Shown: in pieces, positions 9,083 to 19,056 of the stretch | Layout: each line of letters begins with the position of its first letter | Numbering within the stretch: the stretch's first letter is position 1 | Assembly: GCA_031370785.1 (NCBI GenBank) | Contig: JANMQY010000058.1 | Location: forward strand, 64,001-128,000 | Origin: Candidatus Eiseniibacteriota bacterium | Lineage (GTDB): Bacteria > Eisenbacteria > RBG-16-71-46 | Direction: 5' to 3' | DNA: 64,000 bases | Notes under the pieces: generated by a model | Seen by the model: only the letters and a program-made list of their open reading frames with translations | Database searches by the model: none | Told to the model about the DNA's origin: nothing | Position numbers and translations under genes: made by a program

Positions 9083-10345
9083 GTGCTGAGCGCCGGCGTC
9101 CAATCGCGATCGTTACTCCTTCTGCTGATGACCGTAGGGCTGGTGGCCGCTTCGACGGTCCGCGCGCTCGACCTGCCTCCGCTACGCTCGGACAGCCCAC
9201 CGTATTTCACCGCCGACGTCGCGATCGCGCTGGATCGCGACGGGCATCCTGCGCTCGGCGTCACCGTGACCATTCCTTATACCGAGATGCAATGGATCCG
9301 CCGCCCCAACGGCTTCGGCGCAGCCATCCAGATCACGGTGGTGTTCGAGCCGCGCGGCGCCGGCCGAATCTACGGTGACGTCTGGCAACGCCGGATCGTG
9401 GTCGCGGGCTTCGAGGAGGCGCACTCGCCGGGCTCGAGCCTGGTCGAGAAGCGCACCTTCGACGTGCCACCGGGGCGCTATCAGGTGCGCGTCGGCATTC
9501 GCGATCTGGATGCCGATCAATCCTCGATGGCGCGCGATGCGATCGTGGTGCCGGACTATTCGCGGGTTCCGGTCGGATTCGCGGATCTGGAGCTGGGCGT
9601 AGTCGACTCCACCGGAAATTTCGAAAGCGTTCCGACGCGCCGCTTCGGCCTCAACGCCTCTCACCTCGCCTCGCGCGTCGCGCTGTTCGATCGCCGGCCG
9701 GGCCCGTGGCCGCGCGCCTATGCATTCCAGTACCGGATTCGCGATGAGCGGGGCGAAGAAGTGGCAAGCGGCGTGCAACGCGTCGAAGTTCCCCAGTCCG
9801 CCGAGCCGGTGATCGTGCGCTCCGGCGCCTCCGAGCTGTTCGTCGGCAACTACGTCTTCGAGGTGGTGCTGAACGAGGGCAAGTCGCGCTGGCGCGTGGA
9901 GCGCTCGTTCGAAGTGGAGGAGAGCGGGCCGCCACGCGGGAAGGAGTTCGAGCGCATTCTCGAGCCGCTCTCGTATATCGCGCCCTCGAGCGAGATCGAG
10001 TACCTGCGCTCGCTCCCGTCGGACCAGCAGGCGTCCGGGTGGCAGGAGTTCTGGCGCCGGCGCGATCCCACGCCCGACACCCCGCGCAACGAGGCGATGC
10101 TCGAGTTCTTCCGGAGGCTGCGCTACACCGAGCAGCACTTCCAGGGCTTCGGGCCGGGCTGGAGGTCGGACATGGGTCGGATCTACATCAAGTTCGGACC
10201 GCCGGACCAGATCGAAACCCGTCCCGGGAATTCGCAGATGCCCAACATCGAGATCTGGTTCTACAACCAGCCGTATCGGCGCTTCGTGTTCGTCGATCGC
10301 GAGGGCTTCGGGCGCTACACGCTGCAATCCTCGAGCGGGGAGTGA
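9083..10345 (+). CDS. GWxTD domain-containing exported protein
   Basis: Signal peptide; FWRRRDPTPDTPRNE and GWRSDMGRIYIKFGPPD. Confidence 0.88.
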   Translation: MLSAGVQSRSLLLLLMTVGLVAASTVRALDLPPLRSDSPPYFTADVAIALDRDGHPALGVTVTIPYTEMQWIRRPNGFGAAIQITVVFEPRGAGRIYGDVWQRRIVVAGFEEAHSPGSSLVEKRTFDVPPGRYQVRVGIRDLDADQSSMARDAIVVPDYSRVPVGFADLELGVVDSTGNFESVPTRRFGLNASHLASRVALFDRRPGPWPRAYAFQYRIRDERGEEVASGVQRVEVPQSAEPVIVRSGASELFVGNYVFEVVLNEGKSRWRVERSFEVEESGPPRGKEFERILEPLSYIAPSSEIEYLRSLPSDQQASGWQEFWRRRDPTPDTPRNEAMLEFFRRLRYTEQHFQGFGPGWRSDMGRIYIKFGPPDQIETRPGNSQMPNIEIWFYNQPYRRFVFVDREGFGRYTLQSSSGE

Positions 10346-11154
10346 GTCGCGTGACCGCGACTCACGCGGTCGTGAGCCTTGCCGCGCTCGACCTGCGCCG
10401 CCACCCGGATCACGCGAGCGAGATGCGCAGCCAGCTGCTGCTGGGCGAAGTGGTGCGGCTGCTGCGCCCCTCGGGCGACAGGCTCTGGTGGCAGGTCGAG
10501 AACGACTCCGATGGATACCGCGGCTGGGTTCGCAGCTGGGGCCTGATTCTCGCAGCGCGCGGGCGCGCCAGAGGGTGGGAACGAAAGGCGCGCGCGCGCG
10601 TGGTCGAACCTCTGCTCGAAGCGAGAGCGGTGCCCGGCGGAGATCTGAGCATCGGTCCCCTGTTCTGGAACGCCAGGGTCATCGCGGGGCCAAAGCGCGG
10701 AGGTCTGCGCCGCGTCGAGCTCCCGGATGGGCGCCGGGGCTGGGTTCGCAGCACTGGCCTCGGCGCGATCGGAAGACCCGATCGGCCGCTGATCGCCCGG
10801 GTGCGCGGACTGCTGGGTGCGCCCTACCTGTGGGGCGGCCGCACTCCCGCCGGATTCGACTGCTCGGGGTTCGTTCAACAGGCCCTGGGCGAGCAGAACG
10901 TGGTTCTGCCCCGCGACGCGCAGCAGCAGTTCCGGGCGTGCCGCAAAGTTGGAAAGGAAGAGCCGGCATGCGAAGGCGACCTCGTGTTCTTCGGGCTCGA
11001 GGGAAAGCCCGCCGCCCACGTGGGTATCCTGCTCGGCGCGGGGTACTTCGCTCATGCTCGCGGCACCGTTCGGATCAACTCGATCGTTCCCGGCAATCCC
11101 CTCTACGACAGGTCGTTGATGGTCCAGTATCGCGGCATCCGGCGACCTAGATGA
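10342..11154 (+). CDS. NlpC/P60 (C40) peptidase with SH3-like N-terminal domains
   Basis: PYLWGGRTPAGFDCSGFVQ...HVGI...HA catalytic triad; SQLLLGE and DGYRGWV; GTGA overlap with the upstream stop. Confidence 0.88.
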   Translation: MSRVTATHAVVSLAALDLRRHPDHASEMRSQLLLGEVVRLLRPSGDRLWWQVENDSDGYRGWVRSWGLILAARGRARGWERKARARVVEPLLEARAVPGGDLSIGPLFWNARVIAGPKRGGLRRVELPDGRRGWVRSTGLGAIGRPDRPLIARVRGLLGAPYLWGGRTPAGFDCSGFVQQALGEQNVVLPRDAQQQFRACRKVGKEEPACEGDLVFFGLEGKPAAHVGILLGAGYFAHARGTVRINSIVPGNPLYDRSLMVQYRGIRRPR

Positions 11155-11183
11155 CCTGCCGGTCGGTAATCCTGAAATAAACG

Positions 11184-11213
11184 TTGACAAGATTTCCGGA
11201 ACTTCTCTAGTTT
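11184..11213 (+). promoter_or_regulatory. sigma70-like promoter
   Basis: TTGACA-N18-TAGTTT in an AT-richer intergenic region. Confidence 0.55.
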
Positions 11214-11452
11214 CCCACTCGGACGTTCGCCAGGATCCTTCCACGGCGGGAGGTGTGGTCCTGGCTTTTCCTTACGTGCTCCATCCCATGGAAGCGATGG
11301 AGCCTTTTGCATGCCTACTAACAGATGATCAAAAAACAGATGTGAAAGGAGGTGGCGGACTCGACACAAATCGCGCTGTAGACGGTCACGTTCGTGACTT
11401 GGTACTGCATCGCATTGATTCTCTCGACTTAACTGCCAAGGAGGCATTTCAG

Positions 11453-12748
11453 ATGCACTCTCGCTGGATCCTGAGAAGTTTCGTCCTCGCCGCAGCGCTC
11501 ATGCTGACGCTCCCGGTCGTGGCTTCGGCCCAGACCTCGCGCGTCGAAGGCATGGCGCTCCAGGGCGACTACATCAAGGATTACACTGGGATTTACACGT
11601 ACCCGTCGTGCCTGCCGATCGTCGGCAATCTGGTCTACGCCGAACTCGGCAACAACCTGTTCGACCCCGCCACGGGCCATCCGATCACCCAGGATCGTTC
11701 GCTGGGCGTGGTGATGGACAAGCTGTTCGATGGCAAGCTGGGCGTGTGGGGAATCCATCTGCGTCAGGAGACTCCGCAACTGGGTCAGGGTGATGCGTTC
11801 TCGCACACCGGCGCCGGTTTCGGTCAGGACCCGAACTCGAATACCAACGAGTCGTTCGACCTGATGTGGGGCAAGAAGGCGGGTGGCACGAGCATCGGGC
11901 TGCGGCTCAACCGCTCATTCAGCAAGTTCGAAGGCACCATCCCGGGTGCCACGACCACGCTCGAGTTCGACTTCCCGGGCGCGGCCTTCAATGGCACTCC
12001 GAACCTCGCTCGCAACATCCTCGGCTTCGGCGCCGGCGTTGGATTCGAATTGAACTCCAACTCCAGCATGGAGCTGTCGGTGCTGTACCAGACCCGGACC
12101 TACGAGAACACGACCGCACCGCCGACCACCGGAACGCAGGATGACGGCGGCGCCACGTACATGTTCGCCGCCCGCATGTTCTGGGGATGGCAGCCGAACG
12201 TGATGGTCGTGCCAGTGTTCAAGTGGTACTCCTTTGACCTCTCCGAGAAGACGGTCGGCGGTGTGCCGACGACGTTCGACAACTCGCTCAAGGGCTGGCA
12301 GCTCGGTGTCGCGGGCAACTGGACGCTCGGCACCAACGATCTGCTCGTCCTCGGCGTGACGTTCGCTCAGAACAAGATCGAGGAAGAGGAAGATCTGTTC
12401 GGATTGAGCGCCGCGGCCGGCATGAGTCCGCAGATCAATGCCACCGAGACCCTGATGCCTCAGGTGTTCGGAGCGCTCGAGACCCACGTGAACCACTGGC
12501 TCACTCTGCGGGTCGGTGCGAACAAGGGCGCCTTCCAGAAGATCAAGCTCGAGGACCAGGGCGCTCCGAACGCAACCCAGACGTTCTCGTTCTCCTCGTT
12601 CAACATGAACATCGGCGCGGGTGTGAAGCTCGGAACGATCCAGCTGGATGCGATCCTGAGCAACGACTTCCCGCAGAACATGGGCTGGATCGGCAGCGGT
12701 ATTGCGAAGCCCTATTTCCCGAAGGTCACTGCGACCTACGCGTTCTAG
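11453..12748 (+). CDS. Outer-membrane beta-barrel protein of unknown function
   Basis: AAGGAGG RBS; signal peptide ending ASA|Q; alternating amphipathic strands; C-terminal TATYAF with terminal Phe. Confidence 0.75.
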   Translation: MHSRWILRSFVLAAALMLTLPVVASAQTSRVEGMALQGDYIKDYTGIYTYPSCLPIVGNLVYAELGNNLFDPATGHPITQDRSLGVVMDKLFDGKLGVWGIHLRQETPQLGQGDAFSHTGAGFGQDPNSNTNESFDLMWGKKAGGTSIGLRLNRSFSKFEGTIPGATTTLEFDFPGAAFNGTPNLARNILGFGAGVGFELNSNSSMELSVLYQTRTYENTTAPPTTGTQDDGGATYMFAARMFWGWQPNVMVVPVFKWYSFDLSEKTVGGVPTTFDNSLKGWQLGVAGNWTLGTNDLLVLGVTFAQNKIEEEEDLFGLSAAAGMSPQINATETLMPQVFGALETHVNHWLTLRVGANKGAFQKIKLEDQGAPNATQTFSFSSFNMNIGAGVKLGTIQLDAILSNDFPQNMGWIGSGIAKPYFPKVTATYAF

Positions 12749-12774
12749 GACCGCTCGTCCTGCCGGACTTGCAA

Positions 12775-12808
12775 GCGGGGGCGCCTCATGGCGCCCCCGC
12801 TGTGTTTG
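12775..12808 (+). terminator. Intrinsic terminator
   Basis: GCGGGGGCGCC-TCAT-GGCGCCCCCGC perfect 11-bp stem followed by TGTGTTTG. Confidence 0.75.
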
Positions 12809-12887
12809 TGCCCGGAAATTCAGGGGAGGCGCGCGATTCCGGGATCCCGCCAGTACGTCGGGCGAGAATGCCCGCGCACGAATCCGT

Positions 12888-12927
12888 TTGACAGTCGCGG
12901 CCGGAACGTCCTACTTTTCAATGCGTT
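12888..12927 (+). promoter_or_regulatory. sigma70-like promoter overlapping a possible ECF-type promoter
   Basis: TTGACA-N18-TACTTT (12888-12917) and GGAAC-N16-CGTT (12903-12927). Confidence 0.5.
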
Positions 12928-13138
12928 CACAGGAAGTTCCAAGGATTTTGGTACCACGCTACACGCCAGCGGATGGCGTCTCCCCAGACGCCCCGGCAGC
13001 CATGAACGAGGCGCCCATGTGATTTGAACACCGGCTGTTTGGCCCCCTGTTGCAATGATCCCCCTTTCAAACGGTACGGTTGACGGCTTGGGAAATGCCC
13101 CTCACCGCAACCACCTCGCCTCTGAAAGGAGTTGCGTC

Positions 13139-15964
13139 ATGTCGCGCAATACTTGCCCGTTCTATCGCCTCCTCCTGCCACTCCTCATCCTGCTCGCGGT
13201 GGCTCCCGCAGCATGGTCCGGCACCACCGGTAAGATCACCGGCCGCGTCACCAACGAGAAGAAGGAGCCGCTCGCCGGTGTGAACATCCGGATCGAAGGC
13301 CTTCGGCTCGGAGCGATCTCCGACGATCAGGGCAGCTTCTTCATCATCGGAGTTCCAGGCGGCACCTACACAGTGCGTGCCAACCTCCTCGGCCAGGCGC
13401 CCTACGTCGTCGACAACGTTTCGGTCTCGCCCGACTTCACCACCGAAGTAAACATCGCGATGAAGTCCGAGGCGGTGCAGATGCAGGAGGTCAGGGTCGA
13501 TGCCGAGCGCCCGCTCCTCCAGAAGGACGCAACCAGCACGTCGCGCTTCCTCTCGGCGGATCAGATCGCGCGCATGCCGACCCGGGGATATCAGGAGGCG
13601 GCCGCGCAGCAATCGGGCGTGATCGCCTTCCAGCGCCTGATCGACCGCGAATCGCAGAACGGACCCACCCTGATCATCCGCGGCGGCCGTCCCAACGAGA
13701 CCGCGTTCTTCGTGGACGGGTTCTCGCAGCAGGATCCGCTGACCGGCAACTCGACGACCAGCATCAACAACAACGCGATCCAGGAAGTCGTGGTCATGAA
13801 CGGCGGATTCAGCGCCGAATACGGGCGCATCATGTCGGGCGTGGTCAACGTGCTGACCAAGGAGGGCGCGAAACGCTACAGCGGTAGCGTCGAGGCGCTC
13901 ACCGACAATTTCACCGGGATGGGCAAGAGCTTCCTCGGCACAAAGGCCTACGACTACAACATCTACGACGCCAACCTCGGCGGTCCTCTGCTTCCCGGCC
14001 ATGAGGGAGGCACGTTCTACGTCAGCGGTCAGCGCCGTTGGGAGGGGGACCGCAGTCCGAACGGCGGATTCGACGACCCGCTGCCTTCGAACAATCTCGG
14101 AGGCTGGACCGGCCAGGCGAAGCTCGCGATTCCGGTCGGGAAGAGCATTTCATTCAAGCTCGGTGGGCTCTACTCGAAGGACGACTGGCGCGAGTACCTG
14201 AACACCTATCGCTTCAACCTGCTGCACGCGCCGCGCTACGCGGACCGCAACCGTTCGCTGACCGGCTCGATCAGCCACACGATCAATGCGAAATCGTTCT
14301 ATACGCTCGGCGCGAACTACTTCTACACCGAGCGCAAGCGCGGTGACGGGCTCTACTTCGACAACATCGACCTGTACAGCTCGCACCCGCAGGTCGATTT
14401 CGATACCGCGATCCCGTGGTTCTGGCCGGGCACCTCGGATCCGAATTCGCCGGTCGGTTCCGTGCTCAACGATATCGCCCGGTCGGACACGACCGGCGGA
14501 AATGGCCACATCTTCGACGACTATCTGCGCCGCCAGTCGCAGTACGTCGGGCTGAAGGCCGACTTCACTACGCAATGGAATCCGTTCCATCAGATCAAGA
14601 CCGGAGCCGAAGTCGATCGGCACACGCTTCGGTTCTACGAGCATTACTTCCCGGTCCAGTTCCCGGCCAACACCGTGGATATCGATCGCTACGGGTTCAG
14701 CACCGACGGTCGGCAGAACGACGATTCCGGGCTCGACGGTCCGCGCCAGCCGCTCACCGCTTCGTACTACCTGCAGGACAAGTACGAGCGCGCGGGGCTG
14801 GTGGTGAATGCCGGGGCGCGCTACGACTTCATCAACGTCGACGTTCAGGCGCTGAAGAGCGAGGACCTGCCGCTGGGCGGCGACGGCCAGCTGCGCAGCG
14901 ACGATCTGGTCCAGAACAAGAAGTACAGCCGCATCAGCCCGCGACTCGGCATCGGCTTCCCGGTCACGGACCGGACGGTGATGCACGTCAACTTCGGGCA
15001 GTTCTTCCAGCAGCCGAACCTGCAGGACCTCTACGTCTCGTATCGGTTCCTCGAGCACAAGGTGCAGTCCGGCGGCTACTTCGTCGGCTTCGGCAATCCG
15101 AACCTGAAGCCCGAGCAGACCACGGCGTACGAGGTCGGCATCGCACACCAGCTGAGTGACTACGCCAAGTTCGACATCACCACCTATTACAAGGACGTGA
15201 AGGACCTGGTCGAGATCTCGAACATTGCGTCGTTCCCGAACAGCTTCGCGAGCTACCGGAACAAGGACTTCGCGACCATCAAGGGGATCGACCTCGGCTT
15301 CACGCTGCGTCGGGTCAATCACATCCAGACTAATATCGCGTACAGCCTTTCGTACGCGGTCGGCACCGGCTCGGTCTCGAACACCCAGCGCAACATCGCC
15401 TGGACGGCAAGCGATCCGCCCAAGCAGACCGCGCCGCTCGACTTCGACCAGCGCCACAAGGTCTCGATCAATGTCGACTACGCGCTGGGCAAGGGCGAGG
15501 GACCGAACGTGGTCGGGCATAGCTGGCTCGGCAATCTCGACGTCAACCTGCTCTACAACATCGGCAGCGGGACGCCGTACACGCCGACCAACGTCTACGA
15601 CGAACCGACGCTGGCGGCAGTCGCATCGCAGCCGGTGGGTCCGCTCAACTCGCGCTACGGTCCCTGGACTCAGAGCCTGGATCTCAAGGCGACCAAGTCC
15701 TTCACGGTGGCGGGACTCGACATGGGCGCATACGTGTGGGTGCTCAACGCGTTCGACGTCAAGAACGCGGTACAGGTCTTCACCAGCACCGGCTCGCCCC
15801 GCACCACCAGCTGGCTGAATACGCCTGAAGGCCAGAACGCGAGCGCGAACCTGAACACCAAGTACGGAATCGATGCTTCGCAGGCGTACGCGATGGCGCT
15901 GCAGAGCCCGTCGCTGTACAGCAACCCGAGAATGGTCCGCTTCGGCGTCCGGATGGGCTTCTAG
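13139..15964 (+). CDS. TonB-dependent receptor with N-terminal carboxypeptidase-regulatory-like domain
   Basis: GTTGKITGRV; plug motifs IRGGRPNETAFFVDG and GGFSAEYG; GNPNLKPEQTTAYEVG; C-terminal PRMVRFGVRMGF; GAAAGGAG RBS. Confidence 0.92.
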   Translation: MSRNTCPFYRLLLPLLILLAVAPAAWSGTTGKITGRVTNEKKEPLAGVNIRIEGLRLGAISDDQGSFFIIGVPGGTYTVRANLLGQAPYVVDNVSVSPDFTTEVNIAMKSEAVQMQEVRVDAERPLLQKDATSTSRFLSADQIARMPTRGYQEAAAQQSGVIAFQRLIDRESQNGPTLIIRGGRPNETAFFVDGFSQQDPLTGNSTTSINNNAIQEVVVMNGGFSAEYGRIMSGVVNVLTKEGAKRYSGSVEALTDNFTGMGKSFLGTKAYDYNIYDANLGGPLLPGHEGGTFYVSGQRRWEGDRSPNGGFDDPLPSNNLGGWTGQAKLAIPVGKSISFKLGGLYSKDDWREYLNTYRFNLLHAPRYADRNRSLTGSISHTINAKSFYTLGANYFYTERKRGDGLYFDNIDLYSSHPQVDFDTAIPWFWPGTSDPNSPVGSVLNDIARSDTTGGNGHIFDDYLRRQSQYVGLKADFTTQWNPFHQIKTGAEVDRHTLRFYEHYFPVQFPANTVDIDRYGFSTDGRQNDDSGLDGPRQPLTASYYLQDKYERAGLVVNAGARYDFINVDVQALKSEDLPLGGDGQLRSDDLVQNKKYSRISPRLGIGFPVTDRTVMHVNFGQFFQQPNLQDLYVSYRFLEHKVQSGGYFVGFGNPNLKPEQTTAYEVGIAHQLSDYAKFDITTYYKDVKDLVEISNIASFPNSFASYRNKDFATIKGIDLGFTLRRVNHIQTNIAYSLSYAVGTGSVSNTQRNIAWTASDPPKQTAPLDFDQRHKVSINVDYALGKGEGPNVVGHSWLGNLDVNLLYNIGSGTPYTPTNVYDEPTLAAVASQPVGPLNSRYGPWTQSLDLKATKSFTVAGLDMGAYVWVLNAFDVKNAVQVFTSTGSPRTTSWLNTPEGQNASANLNTKYGIDASQAYAMALQSPSLYSNPRMVRFGVRMGF

Positions 15965-16002
15965 ACATGGCTCGACCCAACGGTGAACCAGAGGGGATTC
16001 GC

Positions 16003-18999
16003 ATGAATACGACTCGTGTCCTGATGTGGATCGTTCTGATCTCGAGCCTGGCCGGCGTCGCTGCGGCGGCGCCGATCCGGGGATCTTCGCGCCGGGCCAA
16101 GCCGGCGAGCTCCAAGGTCGTGGACAACAGCCAGCGGATCGACATCAACAACGTGTCGATGGTGGTCACCAACACCGGTTCGTTTGCCTACGACAAGTCG
16201 ACCGGCAACTCGGGTCTCGAGTTCCCCAAGGGCACCGGGAAAACCGCGGTGTTCGCTGCCGGTCTCTGGGTCGGCGCGACGGTCGGCGGCCAGACCCGCG
16301 TGGCCGTCTCGGAGTATTCCGACGATTACGCACCGGGACAGGCCGTGGGCGGGCTTGCCGATGATTTCACCAAGCCCGAGTACAAGGTCTACAAACTGGA
16401 TCGGGTCTACGACGATCTGGCGGTTCGAGATGCCGCGCTTGCCGACTACAACGCCGGCGCGGTTCCGCATGGCGCGCCGCCGGTGACGGTTCAGGGCGAC
16501 GGTTCGCTCGACATCCTTGGCGACCAGATGCTGTGGGCGGTCTACAACGACCGCAATCTGACCCCCCCGCGGCACACCAATCGTGCCGGCGACAATGGTT
16601 TACCGGTAGACCAGCGATGGCTCGGACTCGAGATCCAGCAGACCACGTTCGCGTTCAACCGGCAGGGCGCGCTCGGCAACACCGTGTTCATCCGGTACAA
16701 GATCATCAATCGCGGGCCGAATCAGCTCGACAACATGTACGTGTCGCAGTGGAGCGATCCCGACCTCGGCGGGGCGACCGACGACCTGGTCGGCTGCGAT
16801 CCATCGCTCGGCCTCGGCTACATCTACAACGCCTCGAACGCCGACGAGCAGTACGGCGGACAGCCCCCCGCGGTCGGCTACGACTTCTTCAAGGGACCGA
16901 CGGTGGGAGCGACGACGCTCGGCATGACGTCGTTCAACAAGTACATCAACGGAACCGACCCCAACACCGCGACCAAGTCCTACAACTACATGAAGGGTCT
17001 GGATGCCAACGGCAACGTCGTCATCAATCCGGTGACCGGACTGCCGACGACCTATCAGGTGTCGGGAGACCCGGTGACCGGCTCGGGCTGGCTGGACTCC
17101 AATCCCGCCGACCGGCGTCTCATGCTCTCGAGCGGTCCCTTCTCGATGGCGCCAGGCACCGCCCTGGGAGCCGTAGACAGCCAGGAGGTCGTTGCCGCGA
17201 TCGTCGTCGGGCAGAGCAAGAATCGCCTCGCGAGCATCTCGCTCATGAAGTTCTACGACACGTTCGCCCAGGCGGCGTTCGACGTGGACTTCAACCTGCC
17301 GAGTCCGCCGCAGTCGCCCAACGTGGTCGCGACCCCGCGACACGCTTCGGTGTTCCTCTCGTGGGACACGGTCGCCGAGAACTATAGTGAAGACCCATAC
17401 CAGTTCGAAGGTTACGTGGTGTATCAGGGCGCCTCGATCGCCGGTCCGTTCGTTCGCATCGCCACCTTCGACAAGGTGAATGGGATCACGAACGTCATCG
17501 ACAACGATTTCAACGAGGATCAGGGTCTGATCCTTCCGATCGGCAAGGCGTTCGGATCGGACGTCGGGCTCCGGCACTCGATCGAGATCGATCAGGACTA
17601 CGTCCGCGGCGGCCCGCTGTACGACGGGCAGAGGTACTACTACGCGGTCACCGCGTACGCGGTCGACGTGAACAGCTTCCCAAAGGTGCTGGAATCCGCG
17701 TTCGAGGTCATCCCGGTGGTTCCGCAGACGCCGCCCGCCGGGACCAACCTCGCGACCGCGACCGTGAGCGCGATCGTTCAGGGCCAGATCGTCCCGAACC
17801 CGAATCCGACCACCGATGCGGTGACGGTGACCACGCTTGACCCGGCGACCGTCATCGACGCGAGCTGGTACATCGGATTCAAGCCGGCCGGTCCCGCCAG
17901 CACGCAGATCGTGTGGTACCTCGTGCGCACGGTGGGCACTCAGGTGGATACGGTAATCAACAACTGGCCCAACTTTTCGGGGGACGAGAACTACCCGGTC
18001 GTCAACGGCATCCAGGTGAAGATCGTGAGTTATCCGCCGGGCCATCTCGCCCGGGCCGCGTACGTCGACACCGCCGGAGGAAGTCCGGCGGCGCTCGCCG
18101 GATATGACGGCGCCGGTCTGCCGTTCTGGGATGGTGGCGCGGGCTATGCAGCCGACCTGTTCGGGTCGTCGATCGCCTCGGGCACGCCCGGACCCAACGT
18201 TCAGGTTCGCTTCACCGGTGGCCCCGCCGGGCAGAAGGCCTACCGTTATCTGCGTTGCAACTGCTCGCCGCGTACCTACCTGATCCAGGACTACGTGGAC
18301 GTGCCGTTCACGGTGTACGACACCGACACCGACACCCAGCTCAATGCCGCGTTCCTGGAAAACGGGCCGGGGACCATCGACGATGGAGTCTGGAACCCGG
18401 ACGACAGTCCGAACGGACAGCGCGAGATCGTGTGGGTGATGTCGAGCACCTATACCGGTGTCGCGGATCCGAATTACTTCAACGATCCAGCGCTCAAGGA
18501 CGTCCTCGGCGGCAACATCGATTTCTGGTACGCGATGTGGCCGTATCGGGTGTCCGCGACTGCAGTCATCGATGCCGGCGACAAGTTCCTGTTCACCACC
18601 AGCATTCCGTCGACGGAGAACGACTACTTCACGTTCACGACCACCGCGGCCAACAAGGGCGATGTGGCAGCGGCCAAGTCGGAGATGTCGCGCATCCAGG
18701 CCGTCCCCAACCCGTACTTCAGCCACTCGACATACGAGACCAATCAGTTCCACCGCATTCTCAAGTTCACGCACCTGCCGGAACGCTGCACGCTCAGGAT
18801 CTTCAACCTCGCCGGCGACAAGGTGCGCACGCTCGAGAAGAACGACGCCACTTCGCAGCTGACCTGGGATCTCGAGACGGATCAGGGGCTGCCCGTGGGC
18901 AGCGGCATCTACATCTTCCACGTCGATGCGCCCGGCTTCGGGACTCACGTGGGCAAGGTTGCGGTCTTCATGGAAAAGGAGCGCCTGAACAACTTCTAG
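16003..18999 (+). CDS. Large exported protein with C-terminal T9SS-type (FlgD-like) sorting domain
   Basis: Signal peptide; DPDLGGATDDLVGCD; Fn3-like YYYAVTAYA; C-terminal IQAVPNPY...IFNLAGDKVRTL...SGIYIFHV. Confidence 0.8.
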   Translation: MNTTRVLMWIVLISSLAGVAAAAPIRGSSRRAKPASSKVVDNSQRIDINNVSMVVTNTGSFAYDKSTGNSGLEFPKGTGKTAVFAAGLWVGATVGGQTRVAVSEYSDDYAPGQAVGGLADDFTKPEYKVYKLDRVYDDLAVRDAALADYNAGAVPHGAPPVTVQGDGSLDILGDQMLWAVYNDRNLTPPRHTNRAGDNGLPVDQRWLGLEIQQTTFAFNRQGALGNTVFIRYKIINRGPNQLDNMYVSQWSDPDLGGATDDLVGCDPSLGLGYIYNASNADEQYGGQPPAVGYDFFKGPTVGATTLGMTSFNKYINGTDPNTATKSYNYMKGLDANGNVVINPVTGLPTTYQVSGDPVTGSGWLDSNPADRRLMLSSGPFSMAPGTALGAVDSQEVVAAIVVGQSKNRLASISLMKFYDTFAQAAFDVDFNLPSPPQSPNVVATPRHASVFLSWDTVAENYSEDPYQFEGYVVYQGASIAGPFVRIATFDKVNGITNVIDNDFNEDQGLILPIGKAFGSDVGLRHSIEIDQDYVRGGPLYDGQRYYYAVTAYAVDVNSFPKVLESAFEVIPVVPQTPPAGTNLATATVSAIVQGQIVPNPNPTTDAVTVTTLDPATVIDASWYIGFKPAGPASTQIVWYLVRTVGTQVDTVINNWPNFSGDENYPVVNGIQVKIVSYPPGHLARAAYVDTAGGSPAALAGYDGAGLPFWDGGAGYAADLFGSSIASGTPGPNVQVRFTGGPAGQKAYRYLRCNCSPRTYLIQDYVDVPFTVYDTDTDTQLNAAFLENGPGTIDDGVWNPDDSPNGQREIVWVMSSTYTGVADPNYFNDPALKDVLGGNIDFWYAMWPYRVSATAVIDAGDKFLFTTSIPSTENDYFTFTTTAANKGDVAAAKSEMSRIQAVPNPYFSHSTYETNQFHRILKFTHLPERCTLRIFNLAGDKVRTLEKNDATSQLTWDLETDQGLPVGSGIYIFHVDAPGFGTHVGKVAVFMEKERLNNF

Positions 19000-19056
19000 T
19001 TGCCGGCGAAAACCGACATGAACGATCCACTTTGCAACCGAGAGGAGCGCACAGCC

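Noticed and set aside
12920..13138. Possible cobalamin or other riboswitch upstream of the TonB receptor
   Set aside because: I found no B12-box or other recognisable riboswitch core by eye; an Rfam scan is needed.
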